Below are positions 11,001-19,829 of a DNA stretch of 64,000 bases, one piece after another; position 1 is the first letter of the stretch; the number at the start of each line of letters is the position of its first letter. The translations under genes and the position numbers were made by a program. Source of the DNA: an uncultured Ignavibacteria bacterium. GTDB lineage: Bacteria; Zixibacteria; MSB-5A5; WJJR01; JAJRUJ01. Location of the stretch: contig CAYWVO010000012.1 in the NCBI GenBank assembly GCA_964461835.1, positions 2,478 through 66,477 on the forward strand, in the 5' to 3' direction. The notes under the pieces are model-generated. The model did no database searches. It had not been told where the DNA came from and saw only the letters and a list, made by a program, of their open reading frames with translations.

Positions 11001-11202
11001 CGAGGCCATTGATCCACTCGATGTGGTGTATTTGGTTAATTTTGTTTACCGCCAGGCCCCCGAACCACCCTGGCACCCCAAATGTCCCTATCACCCCGGT
11101 GATGTGCACCCAGACGGTGTAGTCGACCCACTCGACGTCACCTGCCTGGTCAACTACGTCTTCCGGGGATTGGGGCCGCTCGACAATCCCTGCGGCTGGT
11201 AA
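5074..11202 (+). CDS. giant (2042 aa) secreted peptidase C25 (gingipain-like cysteine protease) with multiple beta-sandwich/Ig-like and 'choice-of-anchor'-like domains and a C-terminal tandem dockerin-like module
   Basis: Signal peptide MMRKRVGLWVCIWSFVLGAATVTAGE. C25 core: LIVTTEYLESALQPLADWKTAKGVPAEIVTLEWVY...GVRWLLLGGDTYYVPHR...DWYFADLDGTWDANQNG...LIIGRAPCDSRYEMNNWVAKVLQYEQNP. The C-terminus is GDLNLDEAIDPLDVVYLVNFVY ... GDVHPDGVVDPLDVTCLVNYVF. Confidence 0.75.
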   Translation: MMRKRVGLWVCIWSFVLGAATVTAGELTLPLSFTADDLIFKGSGEYDQVYLRDGGLTDRVGWPQIPYTTVHLALPPGGQIDSVTVDTPSPFRLPGEFSLFPCQPPQVLSKDPTTITFRQPDPVAYRSAEEYPAQFAQPAGGGGYAGYQLGAVKVYPVHYIAADSAILLYQSLDVHVHYTLGDQTPIAAKSVPKKFVSPLHTVVQSLVHNPDQATTEPAAPSFRKTTLDPKDVEYLIVTTEYLESALQPLADWKTAKGVPAEIVTLEWVYANYAGADAADILRNFLKDAYQEWGVRWLLLGGDTYYVPHRTAWAMDVEYGGSYDENELPTDWYFADLDGTWDANQNGIYGEVGDNVDLYPELIIGRAPCDSRYEMNNWVAKVLQYEQNPPTDYQLNMAFYAEVLWGNPYTDGGIAKNYIEDLYIPDRFAPIEKLYQSLGNETQSAVIQSLNNGQNIVNHNGHCWIDYMSTGSGGLVGWDMDNLYNGSRQTAFLFSIGCWPAAFDYDCVAEHFVTNPNGGGVAFIGNSRYGWGSPGNSEYGYSDRLDQQMFKALLADSMPQLGAAFTKARSVYVPHARQENVYRWCIYECNLLGDPEMPVWTDTPRQIVVDHPDNIQFGSTEYTFTVTDNTTKQPLVDALVCVQQGSDVYERGLTDERGQVRLTLDPAPSGTMTLTVTNHNYLMYQTYLDVGGSGTSLHLTEVTIDDVAGGNGDGVPSPGEACDLYLSLQNSGTNTAPGVTGSISLAANPYVSLISSSLSFGDIAAGATVTSQTPCQMTIAADCPPGYNVNFDWVVTESGGTPHAGSSTIHIQSSLVAYYRYHVDDAAGNGNGIADPGETLTVRLWLKNTGSVTAMGVSVLPNTADPYLSLPTDPQPVGTLAPDEIGYAEFTTSIDPSTPIPRFPLIEMTITSDNGSDDIDSVLFSIGPHGIGEDFESGSPGWTHGGTRDYWHECSHRVLNGTTAWYSGIEDDWYYQGSTRSWLESPEIVVGPDAQLTFWDWFSVPNYGVDGLHVIVTVAGSNNPDTLDFIGTGGALDSALITGNSWTKEEYDLSGYAPGTRVKARFAFSSDNDADEDEGFYIDDVRLESTPDYDLNVNPTRILQRGGAAETVTSRIHVHNTGFWEDTFSLEVFDNWLPTAIWDASGSAELTEISSVAPGEVVTLLVQVNIPSGTPAMIDSARIRFTSENDPSRSAQACVVTTSEGGAASAPWRESFAGGPISPPQWPMSEWAEISDGGLYAPTPPEVAELEHIGYLLSQRIDLSQLTDGQLAFWYRGINTGWGGWSGPSDLNTQYLNDAGQWKVLSYISGSSGESSVYREKILSLPNDALHDAFRVRFNATGNMSGKWLLDDIYIGPRRDYHVTCTFDYMPIYGVSGDPIPHDLQIFNRGSEPDSYLLETVSGVWPIRFLDNGQEISETDVIDPAQSITIEVEVTIPETALVNDLDTTLVAITSVGDAVECRQAVYQTSCLGGVADIPWCDSIASSVLSDEKWPLRSGVQVGSDPYAPAGSWTMVAGGSDTAYSQFIDLSEVDEAMLDFYARAGGSFIMPGPDERITIAYRATDGSWHDLTTLSGGGRYRSQFDRHCMSLPVDALGDRFQFRIGCDCETRWYFDDFKIVLTPHCEITSDVLDFTLNPGTEQTAQIYLDNTGSGTLEYRISVIPAAVTMSALLARMIKATDHDPLSAALRTPAETFACDWGGPGAGGYLWIDSDEPYAPAFEFVDIAGIGEPLARLDTKFYDTAHLGFEFPYYGEVYTEVLVSAYGYLQFGDQPLLSSWMALPIPHSISPNNVLFWCYGDYETLGDVYAYSDDSTAILQLNGFGQEGSSWYQATAQVELRANGRIAYRFLEFGDGFVTKECGVGIEGPTGNEGHGIVFYVNPVQNDPQYLRDSLQIIFYPPPDWISLDYPVGTVAPQTLRSVSVDFITDELPPGDYDAILRFDLNDPDAAANPWFVNSRVTVLDTSSCYCPMGDLNLDEAIDPLDVVYLVNFVYRQAPEPPWHPKCPYHPGDVHPDGVVDPLDVTCLVNYVFRGLGPLDNPCGW
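10978..11199 (+). other. tandem dockerin type-I-like Ca-binding repeats at the C-terminus of the C25 protein
   Basis: Two copies of D-x-N-x-D-x3-D-x2-D followed by a hydrophobic helix (DLNLDEAIDPLDVVYLVNFVY; DVHPDGVVDPLDVTCLVNYVF). These residues fall at dockerin Ca-binding positions 1, 3, 5, 9 and 12. Confidence 0.55.
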
Positions 11203-11260
11203 GCGATTAGTGGACGGCTCAACTGTAGATCGGATTTCCCGGGTTATTGCAGTATCGTTA

Positions 11261-12757
11261 TTAAGCGCGATTAGTCTGCTCAGTCAACTTCGCCAGTTTG
11301 CGAACCGGGACATTATCCCGTTCTCGGGGTGTCAAGCGCCAGGTCCAGTTGCCGTTACTGGTTGCCGGGGCATTCATCCGTGCTGAAGCGGGCAGGCCGA
11401 GAACATCCTGCATCGGAACAATGGCCAACCGGGCTTTCGAGCGCCAGGCCAGTTCAATGAATTCCCAGTGCACATTGTCCGGGTAAATCTCATGCCCGAC
11501 GTATTCGGCAAGCCGCTTTAAGTCTTTTTTGGTCGCCTCCGTCTCATACCAGCCGATGACCGTGTTGTTGTCATGGGTCCCGGTATACACGACGGCGTTC
11601 TCTTCATAGTTATGCGGCAGGTACGGGTCGTCATCATCACCGTTGCGAAAGGCGAACTGCAAGACTTTCATGCCGGGGAAATTATAGCGTTTCATCACCT
11701 TTCGCACATCAGCGGTAATCGAGCCCAAGTCCTCCGCCACTAAAGGCAACTCAGGAAAATACCGTTGCAGTGTGGTAATAAAGTCGTCCACCGGCGCCTT
11801 GACCCATTGCCCGTTCATCGCCGTTTTATGATGGGCGGGGACCGCCCAGTAAGCGACCAGCCCACGGAAGTGGTCAATGCGCACGAGATCAAACAACCGG
11901 AACATATTCCGCAGCCGCGCCGCCCACCATTGGTATCCTTCGGCCCGCAGTTTGTCCCAATCATAGACGGGGTTTCCCCAGAGCTGACCGGTCTTGCTGA
12001 AATAGTCGGGCGGGACACCGGAGACTACTTTTGGGCGCTTCCTCCGGTCCAGCTTAAACATCCAGGTGTTGGCCCAGGTGTCGACCGAATCGTAGTTGAC
12101 GTACATGGGGATGTCCCCGAAGATCTGGATTTTCTTTTGATGGGCATACTCTTTGAGCTGCAGCCATTGGCGATGAAACAGCCATTGTTCGAATTTGATT
12201 TGGTCGATTGCGTCCCGGTATTCATCGGCAAAGGCGGTTAGTGCCTTATGATCACGGTTGCGCAGTTTTTTCGGCCACTCGGTCCAGATTGCGCCATCAT
12301 GTTCACGTTTGCAGATGATGAAAACAGCAAAATCATCCAGCCAGCCGGATTCCTGTTCACAGAACTCCGTGAATTCTCCGTTTCGCCTGGCGTCAGAAAA
12401 GCGCCGCCATGCTGCATGGAGAAGCCGACGTTTAAAAGCTGCCACCACCTCGTAGTCGACTCGCTCTACGGGAAAGTCCGGGGACGCCGCGATATCCTCA
12501 AGGGAAGCAAAACCTTGCTCCAGCAGTAGATCGGGACTGATGAGTAATTCATTGCCGGCAAACGCCGACGAGCAACTATACGGTGAATTGCCTTGACCCA
12601 AATCAATCGGATTGAGCGGCAGGACCTGCCAGACACGTTGATTCGCGGCTTCCAGTAAATCGACAAACTCAAATGCCGCCGGCCCCAGATCGCCGATTCC
12701 GCAGGAGGAGGGCAAAGAGGTAACGTGCATCAAAATGCCGGCCGCGCGTTTATCCAT
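11261..12757 (-). CDS. malQ: 4-alpha-glucanotransferase (amylomaltase, GH77)
   Basis: MDKRAAGILMHVTSLPSSCGIGDLGPAAFEFVDLLEAANQRVWQVLPLNP is the classic MalQ N-terminus. 498 aa. Confidence 0.85.
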   Translation of the reverse strand: MDKRAAGILMHVTSLPSSCGIGDLGPAAFEFVDLLEAANQRVWQVLPLNPIDLGQGNSPYSCSSAFAGNELLISPDLLLEQGFASLEDIAASPDFPVERVDYEVVAAFKRRLLHAAWRRFSDARRNGEFTEFCEQESGWLDDFAVFIICKREHDGAIWTEWPKKLRNRDHKALTAFADEYRDAIDQIKFEQWLFHRQWLQLKEYAHQKKIQIFGDIPMYVNYDSVDTWANTWMFKLDRRKRPKVVSGVPPDYFSKTGQLWGNPVYDWDKLRAEGYQWWAARLRNMFRLFDLVRIDHFRGLVAYWAVPAHHKTAMNGQWVKAPVDDFITTLQRYFPELPLVAEDLGSITADVRKVMKRYNFPGMKVLQFAFRNGDDDDPYLPHNYEENAVVYTGTHDNNTVIGWYETEATKKDLKRLAEYVGHEIYPDNVHWEFIELAWRSKARLAIVPMQDVLGLPASARMNAPATSNGNWTWRLTPRERDNVPVRKLAKLTEQTNRA

Positions 12758-15547
12758 CTACGTCTCCTCAGCCACCAGCAGGGCCACGGGGAACTCACTG
12801 AGTATATCGGCAGCTTGTTGTCGATCACGCGCGGGGATCGTCGTTCCGGTGAGCAAATCCCGCCACTGTGACGGGCCGGCGGGCAGCGTAACGGTAGTAT
12901 CCTCCCAGACCTCGGCGCCTAACGGGAGCTGATTTTCCCGGACCAGGCTGACCGCAAATCGCGGCGCTACGCTGACAGCCCACCCCCTCTCATGGTGCCG
13001 CGCAAAGGCGAGCAGGTGCTGTTCTCGTCTGCCGGAAACCGCAAGCGGCTGGTAGTCACCATACAGGAACAGGTCATGATAGTCACGCCGCACGGACAAT
13101 GCCTGGTGCGTGAGAAAGAGTTTGATCCGGCCGTCAGTGACCGTATCTCGTAGTTCGCGCAGGAGCGGCAGGCGTGCATCATCAATACGTTCTCTGATGC
13201 TGGCCAATAGTGCTTGCCGTTGGGCGAAATCGGCTGGTCGCCGATTGTCCGGATCCACCATGCTCAGGTCCCATAACTCACATCCCTGGTAAATATCCGG
13301 TACTCCCGGACAGGTTATTTTCACGAGCACCTGTGTCAGCGAATTAATTATTCCGTACCAGGAAACTTTTCGCTGAAACGGAATAAAAGAACTGAGAAAA
13401 CCTTCATCGTCGGCCAAAATCCGTGCGATAAAGGTGAGGTAGCGATCTTCATATTCTACAGCCGGCTTCAACCAGGCCGTGTGCACCTTGGCCTCGCGGA
13501 TCGCCTTAATCACATACTGTTTTAGACGTTCAATAAATTCTTGCCGCTCGTTGTCCGCGAACGGCCAAAAGGCCAACAGCGATTGATACAAAAAGTATTC
13601 GTCGTTTTTATCGGGCACCGCCCGTCCGTGCAGGCGCTTTTTGGCGCGACGGTTGGCGCTGCGCCAGGTTTGCAACATACGAGACCATTCATCCGGCAGC
13701 TCCGACAGGACATGCAACCGCAGCCGGGCATCCTCCCCCCGCTTGGTGTCATGAGTCGCCGTAGCGTTTAAGGCGTGCGGACGCTTTTCCACCGCGGTTT
13801 GATTAAACCGATGAAATTCCTCTAGGCTCCGGCCGAAGCAACTGGGATTACCTCCCACCTCGTTTAACGAGAGTAATCGGTTGTAAATATACAGGCAGGT
13901 ATCCTCCACCCCCTTGGCCATCAGCGGGGCGGTGACTTGTTGAAATTGCATCACAAAATCGAGCATCAGTCGCCGTTCTTCCTCGCGAACATCTTGCACC
14001 TCTTCGAACAACAAGAATCCGCGAACAAAGGCCAACTCATACCGGAGGTCCGGATTCAGATGAAGCGCACTTTCAATTGCCTGTTCGATATAACTGCGAT
14101 CGGCCTCACTGATTCCCTGTTCGTTGATATATGTCCGATAGACCGGGAAATGCGCCATTACTTCTACCAAAGCGCGTCGCAGGCCGTACAGCGTAATATC
14201 ATTTCCCTGCCGGTTACGACTGGAAATCCGTTTCAGCAGATGTGCCAGGTTGTCGATATTTCCCGCCAGATGTTTCTCGATGATCAGTCTTTTCTTGTCA
14301 GACGCCAGTTTGGGCCAGTTAGCCTTGACACCGGTAAACCGAATATATGTGCGGCTGATTGATCGTTCACTATCGGACCGACAGAAAAACCCATTCAACA
14401 CATTTAAGAAATCATACCCGGTAGTCCCTTGAACCGACCAGGTCGGCGGCAGCTGCTCCTGTTCTTCAAGAATTTTTTCCACAATAATATAGGTGTCGCC
14501 GATTGCGTGCCGCAGGCGTTCCAAATACGTCTGCGGGTCTTTCAGACCATCGATATGGTCAAGCCGTAATCCGGTAACCATGTCTTCGCTGCAGAGCCGT
14601 TTGATCAGTGTATGGGTCTCGTCAAAGACCGCCTGGTCTTCCAGGCGCAGGCAAATCAGGTTGTTGATGGTGAAAAAGCGACGATAGTTGATCTCTTCAG
14701 TGGCGACTTTCCAAAATGCAAGGCGGAAGTTCTGCTCGGACAATAAGTCATCCAGCAAACGAAAACTATCCGGCTCGCCGGCCTGGCCACTGAAGCGTTC
14801 CAGATTCTCATCGATGAATGCGCGAATCTGCTCATTTTCTTCATACAATTCATGAATCAGCCGTTTGGCCAGTCGGACGTGTTCATACCGCTCGGTCAGC
14901 CTATCCGCACCGTGCAGATCTTTTAGCGTATAGACGGTGCCGGTATATTTCATGAAGGTTGAACTGTTCGCTCCCAGTGACTTTTCCAGGCGGTCCAGGT
15001 CGTGGGTGAGTACCTTGACATAGGACTCGATGCGCAGCGGGAACCGAAGATCGTAGTAATTAATGCTCAGTCCGCCGGAATCATAGCGCAGGCTGATCTC
15101 GCCGGCTTCCAGCGTTTCGCCATAGAATTTGCCCAAGAACGGCGCCAGCAAACGGCCTTTGAGGCTGTCATAGACATGGTCCCAGTCAATATCAAAATAA
15201 TGCTCATACCGGGAACATCGACCGTTCTCCAGGATATCCATCAGCATAATGTTTTCGCTGTCAAACGCCATATGATTGGGAACAACATCCTGCACCCAGC
15301 CGATCTGATGCCGGTCGAGGGCTTTCTTCAATCCCTGCACACCCGCCTCGCCACCGAGTTGTCCGTCAATCACGGTCGGATCGGTGACGTCATAGCCATG
15401 TGTACTTCCCTCGACCGAAGCAAAAATCGGCGACACATACAGGTCAGTGATTCCCAGTTCATGCAAATAGCTGACAATCTCGGCTGCCTTCGTGAAACCG
15501 AAATCGGGAGTCAACTGCACGCGGTATGTCGAAACCGGAATACGCAT
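12758..15547 (-). CDS. treY: malto-oligosyltrehalose synthase (GH13)
   Basis: STYRVQLTPDFGFTKAAEIVSYLHELGITDLYVSPIFASVEGSTHGYDVTDPTVIDGQLGG...DVVPNHMAF is the TreY signature. The stop abuts the malQ start. Confidence 0.8.
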   Translation of the reverse strand: MRIPVSTYRVQLTPDFGFTKAAEIVSYLHELGITDLYVSPIFASVEGSTHGYDVTDPTVIDGQLGGEAGVQGLKKALDRHQIGWVQDVVPNHMAFDSENIMLMDILENGRCSRYEHYFDIDWDHVYDSLKGRLLAPFLGKFYGETLEAGEISLRYDSGGLSINYYDLRFPLRIESYVKVLTHDLDRLEKSLGANSSTFMKYTGTVYTLKDLHGADRLTERYEHVRLAKRLIHELYEENEQIRAFIDENLERFSGQAGEPDSFRLLDDLLSEQNFRLAFWKVATEEINYRRFFTINNLICLRLEDQAVFDETHTLIKRLCSEDMVTGLRLDHIDGLKDPQTYLERLRHAIGDTYIIVEKILEEQEQLPPTWSVQGTTGYDFLNVLNGFFCRSDSERSISRTYIRFTGVKANWPKLASDKKRLIIEKHLAGNIDNLAHLLKRISSRNRQGNDITLYGLRRALVEVMAHFPVYRTYINEQGISEADRSYIEQAIESALHLNPDLRYELAFVRGFLLFEEVQDVREEERRLMLDFVMQFQQVTAPLMAKGVEDTCLYIYNRLLSLNEVGGNPSCFGRSLEEFHRFNQTAVEKRPHALNATATHDTKRGEDARLRLHVLSELPDEWSRMLQTWRSANRRAKKRLHGRAVPDKNDEYFLYQSLLAFWPFADNERQEFIERLKQYVIKAIREAKVHTAWLKPAVEYEDRYLTFIARILADDEGFLSSFIPFQRKVSWYGIINSLTQVLVKITCPGVPDIYQGCELWDLSMVDPDNRRPADFAQRQALLASIRERIDDARLPLLRELRDTVTDGRIKLFLTHQALSVRRDYHDLFLYGDYQPLAVSGRREQHLLAFARHHERGWAVSVAPRFAVSLVRENQLPLGAEVWEDTTVTLPAGPSQWRDLLTGTTIPARDRQQAADILSEFPVALLVAEET

Positions 15548-17970
15548 TACGGGTGTTTCACCTGCATGAGTTCACCCAACCGGGTAAATGCCTGAACCCA
15601 GATTTTTGCCCGTTCGTTACTCGATTGGGCGCGTTCTGTCTGTTCGTGATGGACCTTCCTCATTCGATAATACGTGTTTTGGGCCTTCCAGAGATCGAGA
15701 TCCATCGGCAACTCTAACAGAATTTCCAACAATCGCACCAGAGTTTCCAAGAGCTCCAGATTATCCGGCTCCTGCTCGATGCGATCCATCAACTCGGTGC
15801 ATTTACTACTGGCTTCCAGTCCCAGCGTTGCCTCGTCGATACTAATCTGCCAGCGCCGCGCTTCGGAGACCAGCCGGTCCAGATCATCCAAGACCAACGG
15901 CTCTGCAGCCAGCGCCTGACGTAAGTCGGTGTTCAGTACAAACGACACCGTCGTGGAGAGCACCGGCGGCAGCGGGATGTGCATCTCCGAGGTCACCTGC
16001 ATGATCGGATAGTAGCGGTCGTAGGAATATCGATACAGGGTCTCCACCTCATTGAGCATCGCACCGACAATCTGCCGCATCACGCGTCGCTGTTCGTCCT
16101 TAAACAAATGCCACAAGGAGTAGGCGTGAGTTCCCAGATGCTGATCGATCAGCGAAATAACGCCGGCGATATCATTCCGCTCGAAGGCCTCAGTAATCGA
16201 CTGTTGAACATCAGAAAAATCCTCCGTGGCGCTTTGTTCCCGCACCCCGGCTAACAAATTATGTTCTCCCAAGTGCAGAACCACAAATTGGATCACTGTT
16301 TCCTCATACGTGATACGTGATTTCAGCCGGGCGATGCCGGTCGCCAGATGCTGTCTTCCCTGCTCCAACCTGTGGAATGAAAGACTTTCGGCGAAAAAGC
16401 TGTAGAGATCGGTTGTCTCGCTGTGGCTTTCGGAGAACAAAGAGGACACGGCGTAGTGCGCGCCAACTCGAACGAAATCGAGCACCGCCGGTTTGGCATA
16501 TTGCTCATAGGCCTCGCCGCCATTGGCCAGTCCGGCCATATTGGACGGCGCCCGCTCCAGCAATTTCTGAAATGCGGGGCCCAGTTCAATGCCGGCAATT
16601 TCCTCCGCCAACTGAATCGCCCGCGCCGCATAGAGAATGACCTGCATGGTTTCGATGCCCGAAATTTCATCAAAAAACCACCCGCAGGAGGTATACATCA
16701 GCATGGCGTGACGTTGCATCTCCAGGAGGCGCAACGTCTTCGGGTAATCCTCACGGCACTGTGTGCTCAGGCAATGCTCGGCCAAAAAGGCATCGACATC
16801 CGCCGACCGGTCGAGAACCATCTCAACATACGCGTCCCGGGCCTGCCAGGGATCTTTGAAATACTTGCCACCGTGTTCTTCGTAGATGAGAATCAAGCTG
16901 TCGCGCAGCCAATCGAGCGCGCCCCGTAATACCGGGCGCCAGGCCTGAGTCCACCCGGGGTGCATACCGCTGTTGCAGCCACAATCGGCGCGCCAGCGTT
17001 CCACACCATGCACACAACTCCAGGAAGAATTTTCATAAATCTCAACTTCGTAGGCCGGAGGGTGGTGCTCCAGGAATTCTCCGTAAATCGTCGGCCGCGC
17101 CAGTTGGTGTTCCTCGATGTGATACAAGCAGTACGCGAGGGCCATGTCGCCGAACCGGTGATGATGGCCATATGTTTCTCCGTCAGTGGCCACATGCACC
17201 AGTTGATCCTCGGTTGATTCATCACTGAATGCATCCATCAGTCGATCGGCGTAACGGCGCCCATCATCGAGCAAATCACCGAAGGCAATATCCTGGGCAA
17301 TGGGACCATCATAGAAAAACAACGCAATCGTTCGTCCGGACGGAAGCCGACATTGATATGCCCGCCGGGGATCAATAGTGCCCTCACTTACCTCATGCCA
17401 CGTATCGTCCCCGATCTTCCGAATGCGCTGTGCCTGCCGTGGGGCCAAAATGGTAAACGTAATTCCATAATCAACTAACATCTCCAACGTTTCCAAATCA
17501 ACCGCAGTCTCGGGTAACCACATCCCCTCCGGTTTCTCGCCGAACCGGTATTCAAAATCTCGCATACCCCACAGCACTTGGGTTCTCTTATCCCGGGTAT
17601 TGGCCAGGGGCATGATCAAATGATTATAGGCCTGAGCGATGGCGGAACCGTGGCCGCCAAATCGTTTTTTACTTTGCTGATGTGCGTCTAGAATCGCTGC
17701 ATACACCTCCGGTTCGTGGACTTCCATCCAGGAAAGCAGCGTCGGCCCGAAATTGAAGCTGATACGCGAATAATTGTTGGTGATCGCGATTATCCGCCGC
17801 TCGGGATCGAGAATCCGAGACGCGGCGTTCGGCGCATAGCATTCGGCGGTAATCCGCGCATTCCAGTCATGGTGCGGGTAGGCCGAATCCTGCAACTCAA
17901 CTTCTTCGAGCCAGGGATTTTCCCGTGGCGGCTGATAGAAATGCGCGTGTAAACACAGGTATCGATTCAT
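15547..17970 (-). CDS. glycoside hydrolase family 57 protein (GH57 catalytic domain plus long C-terminal DUF3536-type region)
   Basis: MNRYLCLHAHFYQPPRENPWLEEVELQDSAYPHHDW is the GH57 hallmark. The start is chosen at the internal Met, giving an ATGA start/stop overlap with treZ. The stop overlaps the treY start by 1 nt. Confidence 0.75.
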   Translation of the reverse strand: MNRYLCLHAHFYQPPRENPWLEEVELQDSAYPHHDWNARITAECYAPNAASRILDPERRIIAITNNYSRISFNFGPTLLSWMEVHEPEVYAAILDAHQQSKKRFGGHGSAIAQAYNHLIMPLANTRDKRTQVLWGMRDFEYRFGEKPEGMWLPETAVDLETLEMLVDYGITFTILAPRQAQRIRKIGDDTWHEVSEGTIDPRRAYQCRLPSGRTIALFFYDGPIAQDIAFGDLLDDGRRYADRLMDAFSDESTEDQLVHVATDGETYGHHHRFGDMALAYCLYHIEEHQLARPTIYGEFLEHHPPAYEVEIYENSSWSCVHGVERWRADCGCNSGMHPGWTQAWRPVLRGALDWLRDSLILIYEEHGGKYFKDPWQARDAYVEMVLDRSADVDAFLAEHCLSTQCREDYPKTLRLLEMQRHAMLMYTSCGWFFDEISGIETMQVILYAARAIQLAEEIAGIELGPAFQKLLERAPSNMAGLANGGEAYEQYAKPAVLDFVRVGAHYAVSSLFSESHSETTDLYSFFAESLSFHRLEQGRQHLATGIARLKSRITYEETVIQFVVLHLGEHNLLAGVREQSATEDFSDVQQSITEAFERNDIAGVISLIDQHLGTHAYSLWHLFKDEQRRVMRQIVGAMLNEVETLYRYSYDRYYPIMQVTSEMHIPLPPVLSTTVSFVLNTDLRQALAAEPLVLDDLDRLVSEARRWQISIDEATLGLEASSKCTELMDRIEQEPDNLELLETLVRLLEILLELPMDLDLWKAQNTYYRMRKVHHEQTERAQSSNERAKIWVQAFTRLGELMQVKHP

Positions 17971-19799
17971 GCGTCCTTCTCCTTCACATACAGAGCTATG
18001 TTCCAGGGCTGACACTCAACTTTCCGCCCGGATTTCATTGTTGTCGTCAGCGTGCCGCCGGGACCCTGCCACGTCTGATCGGCGGAATCGAGGACCTTCC
18101 GCAGGTTTTCCGCAGCGAGTTGTACCACACAGCGTACAGGGTGATCGTTGAAATTCATCACGTACAGCGCAATCGAATTCCCCCGTTGCCGGCGGCAAAA
18201 AATAACCCGCTGTTCGTCATCAGCAACAATTTCCAGCCCATCCGTGGTCAGCGTGGCCAATGTCGGCACCGAGCGGCGGAGTTCAATCAACCGCCGGTAG
18301 AATTGCAGCATCACGCGATGATGTCCCTGATCTCGCAGACTCCAATCCAGTTTGGATCGTTCGAATGTCTCTGGACTCTGGGGATCGGGCGGTGTCTCCT
18401 GCCAGCCGAAAGCAGCAAACTCTTCCTGTCGTCCCCGTCGAACCGCTTCAACCAAATCGGGATCACCGTGACTTACGAAATACTGAAACGGCGCCGGTTC
18501 GGCGTATTCCTCGCCCATCCATAACAGCGGAATATTCGGCCCCAGCAGCACGACGCCGGCCGCCAGCTTGAGCGCCTCGAATGAAACCAGAGTTGTCAAT
18601 CGATCGCCGGCCAGGCGGTTGCCGACTTGGTCGTGATTCTGGGAGGCCACGACAAACTGATCCGCGTCACAACCGGCTGGTGAATTACCATGATTTCGTC
18701 GCCGGAAACGCGAATAGTTCCCATTATATATATATCCGTTGCGGATCGCCTTGGCCAGATGGCGCGGCTCGCCGAAATCAGCGTAGTATCCCCCTTGCTC
18801 CCCGGTCAGCAAAGTGTGTAAGGCATGATGCAGATCGTCTGACCACTGCGCGGGCAAGCCATAACCACCTTGCGCCGGTGGACGTATAACCCGAGAATCA
18901 TTCAAATCACTCTCAGCAATTACGGGGTACGGTTTGCCGATCTCCGCAGCATATTCGGTCACACGGTCGTTCAATTCCTGCAAAAACGGTTTCGCACTCA
19001 TATCAAAGATACCATGAATGGCGTCAAGCCGCAACGCGTCAATATGGTAATCACGCAACCAGGCAAGAGCGTTCTCAATGAAATAGTTGCGCACCGCGTT
19101 GCTGTGTGGGCCGTCGAAGTTGACCGCTTCTCCCCACGGTGTGCGATATTTGGTGGTGAAATATGGTCCAAAATCATGCAGGTAGTTGCCCTCCGGTCCC
19201 AGGTGATTATAGACCACGTCCATAATTACCGCCAACCCGGCAGCATGGGCGGCATCTACCAGCTCCATCAATCCCCAGGGTCCACCATAGGAATTATGCA
19301 CCGCCCACGGGAAAACGCCGTCGTACCCCCAATTGCGTTCTCCCGGGAATTGCGCGACCGGCATCAGCTCAATTGCATTGACGCCAAGATCTTTCAACTG
19401 CTGAAGTCGCGGAATGATCGCCCGGAACGTGCCCTCCGGCGTAAAGGCCCCGACATGCAACTCGTACATGATCATCTCGGACAACGGTATGCCGGTCCAC
19501 TGCTGATCATGCCAGGAGAATTCACCAAACGTTACAATCTCCGATGACTGATGCACGCCATCGGACTGGTAACGGGAGGCGGGATCTGGTCGCTCCAACT
19601 CATCATCGAGGCGAATCAGGTACCGAGTCCCTGGAGTGATCTTGTCCACCTCGGCAAACCAATAACCAAAATCCTCTGCTTCCAGCGATATGCGGCGCTG
19701 TTCCGGCGCAGTGATGGTCACCGCGACGTTTTTTCGCGACGGCGCCCACACCCGGAAGCAACAGCGACCGGCATCTGTCAACCACGCGCCGACTCTCAT
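17967..19799 (-). CDS. treZ: malto-oligosyltrehalose trehalohydrolase (GH13)
   Basis: 610 aa. The N-terminal CBM48-like region is followed by a GH13 core (GYDGV, VVYNHLGPEGNY, DALRLDAIH). Confidence 0.8.
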   Translation of the reverse strand: MRVGAWLTDAGRCCFRVWAPSRKNVAVTITAPEQRRISLEAEDFGYWFAEVDKITPGTRYLIRLDDELERPDPASRYQSDGVHQSSEIVTFGEFSWHDQQWTGIPLSEMIMYELHVGAFTPEGTFRAIIPRLQQLKDLGVNAIELMPVAQFPGERNWGYDGVFPWAVHNSYGGPWGLMELVDAAHAAGLAVIMDVVYNHLGPEGNYLHDFGPYFTTKYRTPWGEAVNFDGPHSNAVRNYFIENALAWLRDYHIDALRLDAIHGIFDMSAKPFLQELNDRVTEYAAEIGKPYPVIAESDLNDSRVIRPPAQGGYGLPAQWSDDLHHALHTLLTGEQGGYYADFGEPRHLAKAIRNGYIYNGNYSRFRRRNHGNSPAGCDADQFVVASQNHDQVGNRLAGDRLTTLVSFEALKLAAGVVLLGPNIPLLWMGEEYAEPAPFQYFVSHGDPDLVEAVRRGRQEEFAAFGWQETPPDPQSPETFERSKLDWSLRDQGHHRVMLQFYRRLIELRRSVPTLATLTTDGLEIVADDEQRVIFCRRQRGNSIALYVMNFNDHPVRCVVQLAAENLRKVLDSADQTWQGPGGTLTTTMKSGRKVECQPWNIALYVKEKDA

Positions 19800-19829
19800 A
19801 CAGTGATTACCCCGAGCAAGGCCGCCTCT

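Noticed and set aside
11203-11260. Possible bidirectional terminator between the convergent C25 and malQ genes (gcgattagt...gcgattagt direct repeat)
   Set aside because: No clean GC-rich hairpin with a U-tract could be drawn, so it is left unannotated.
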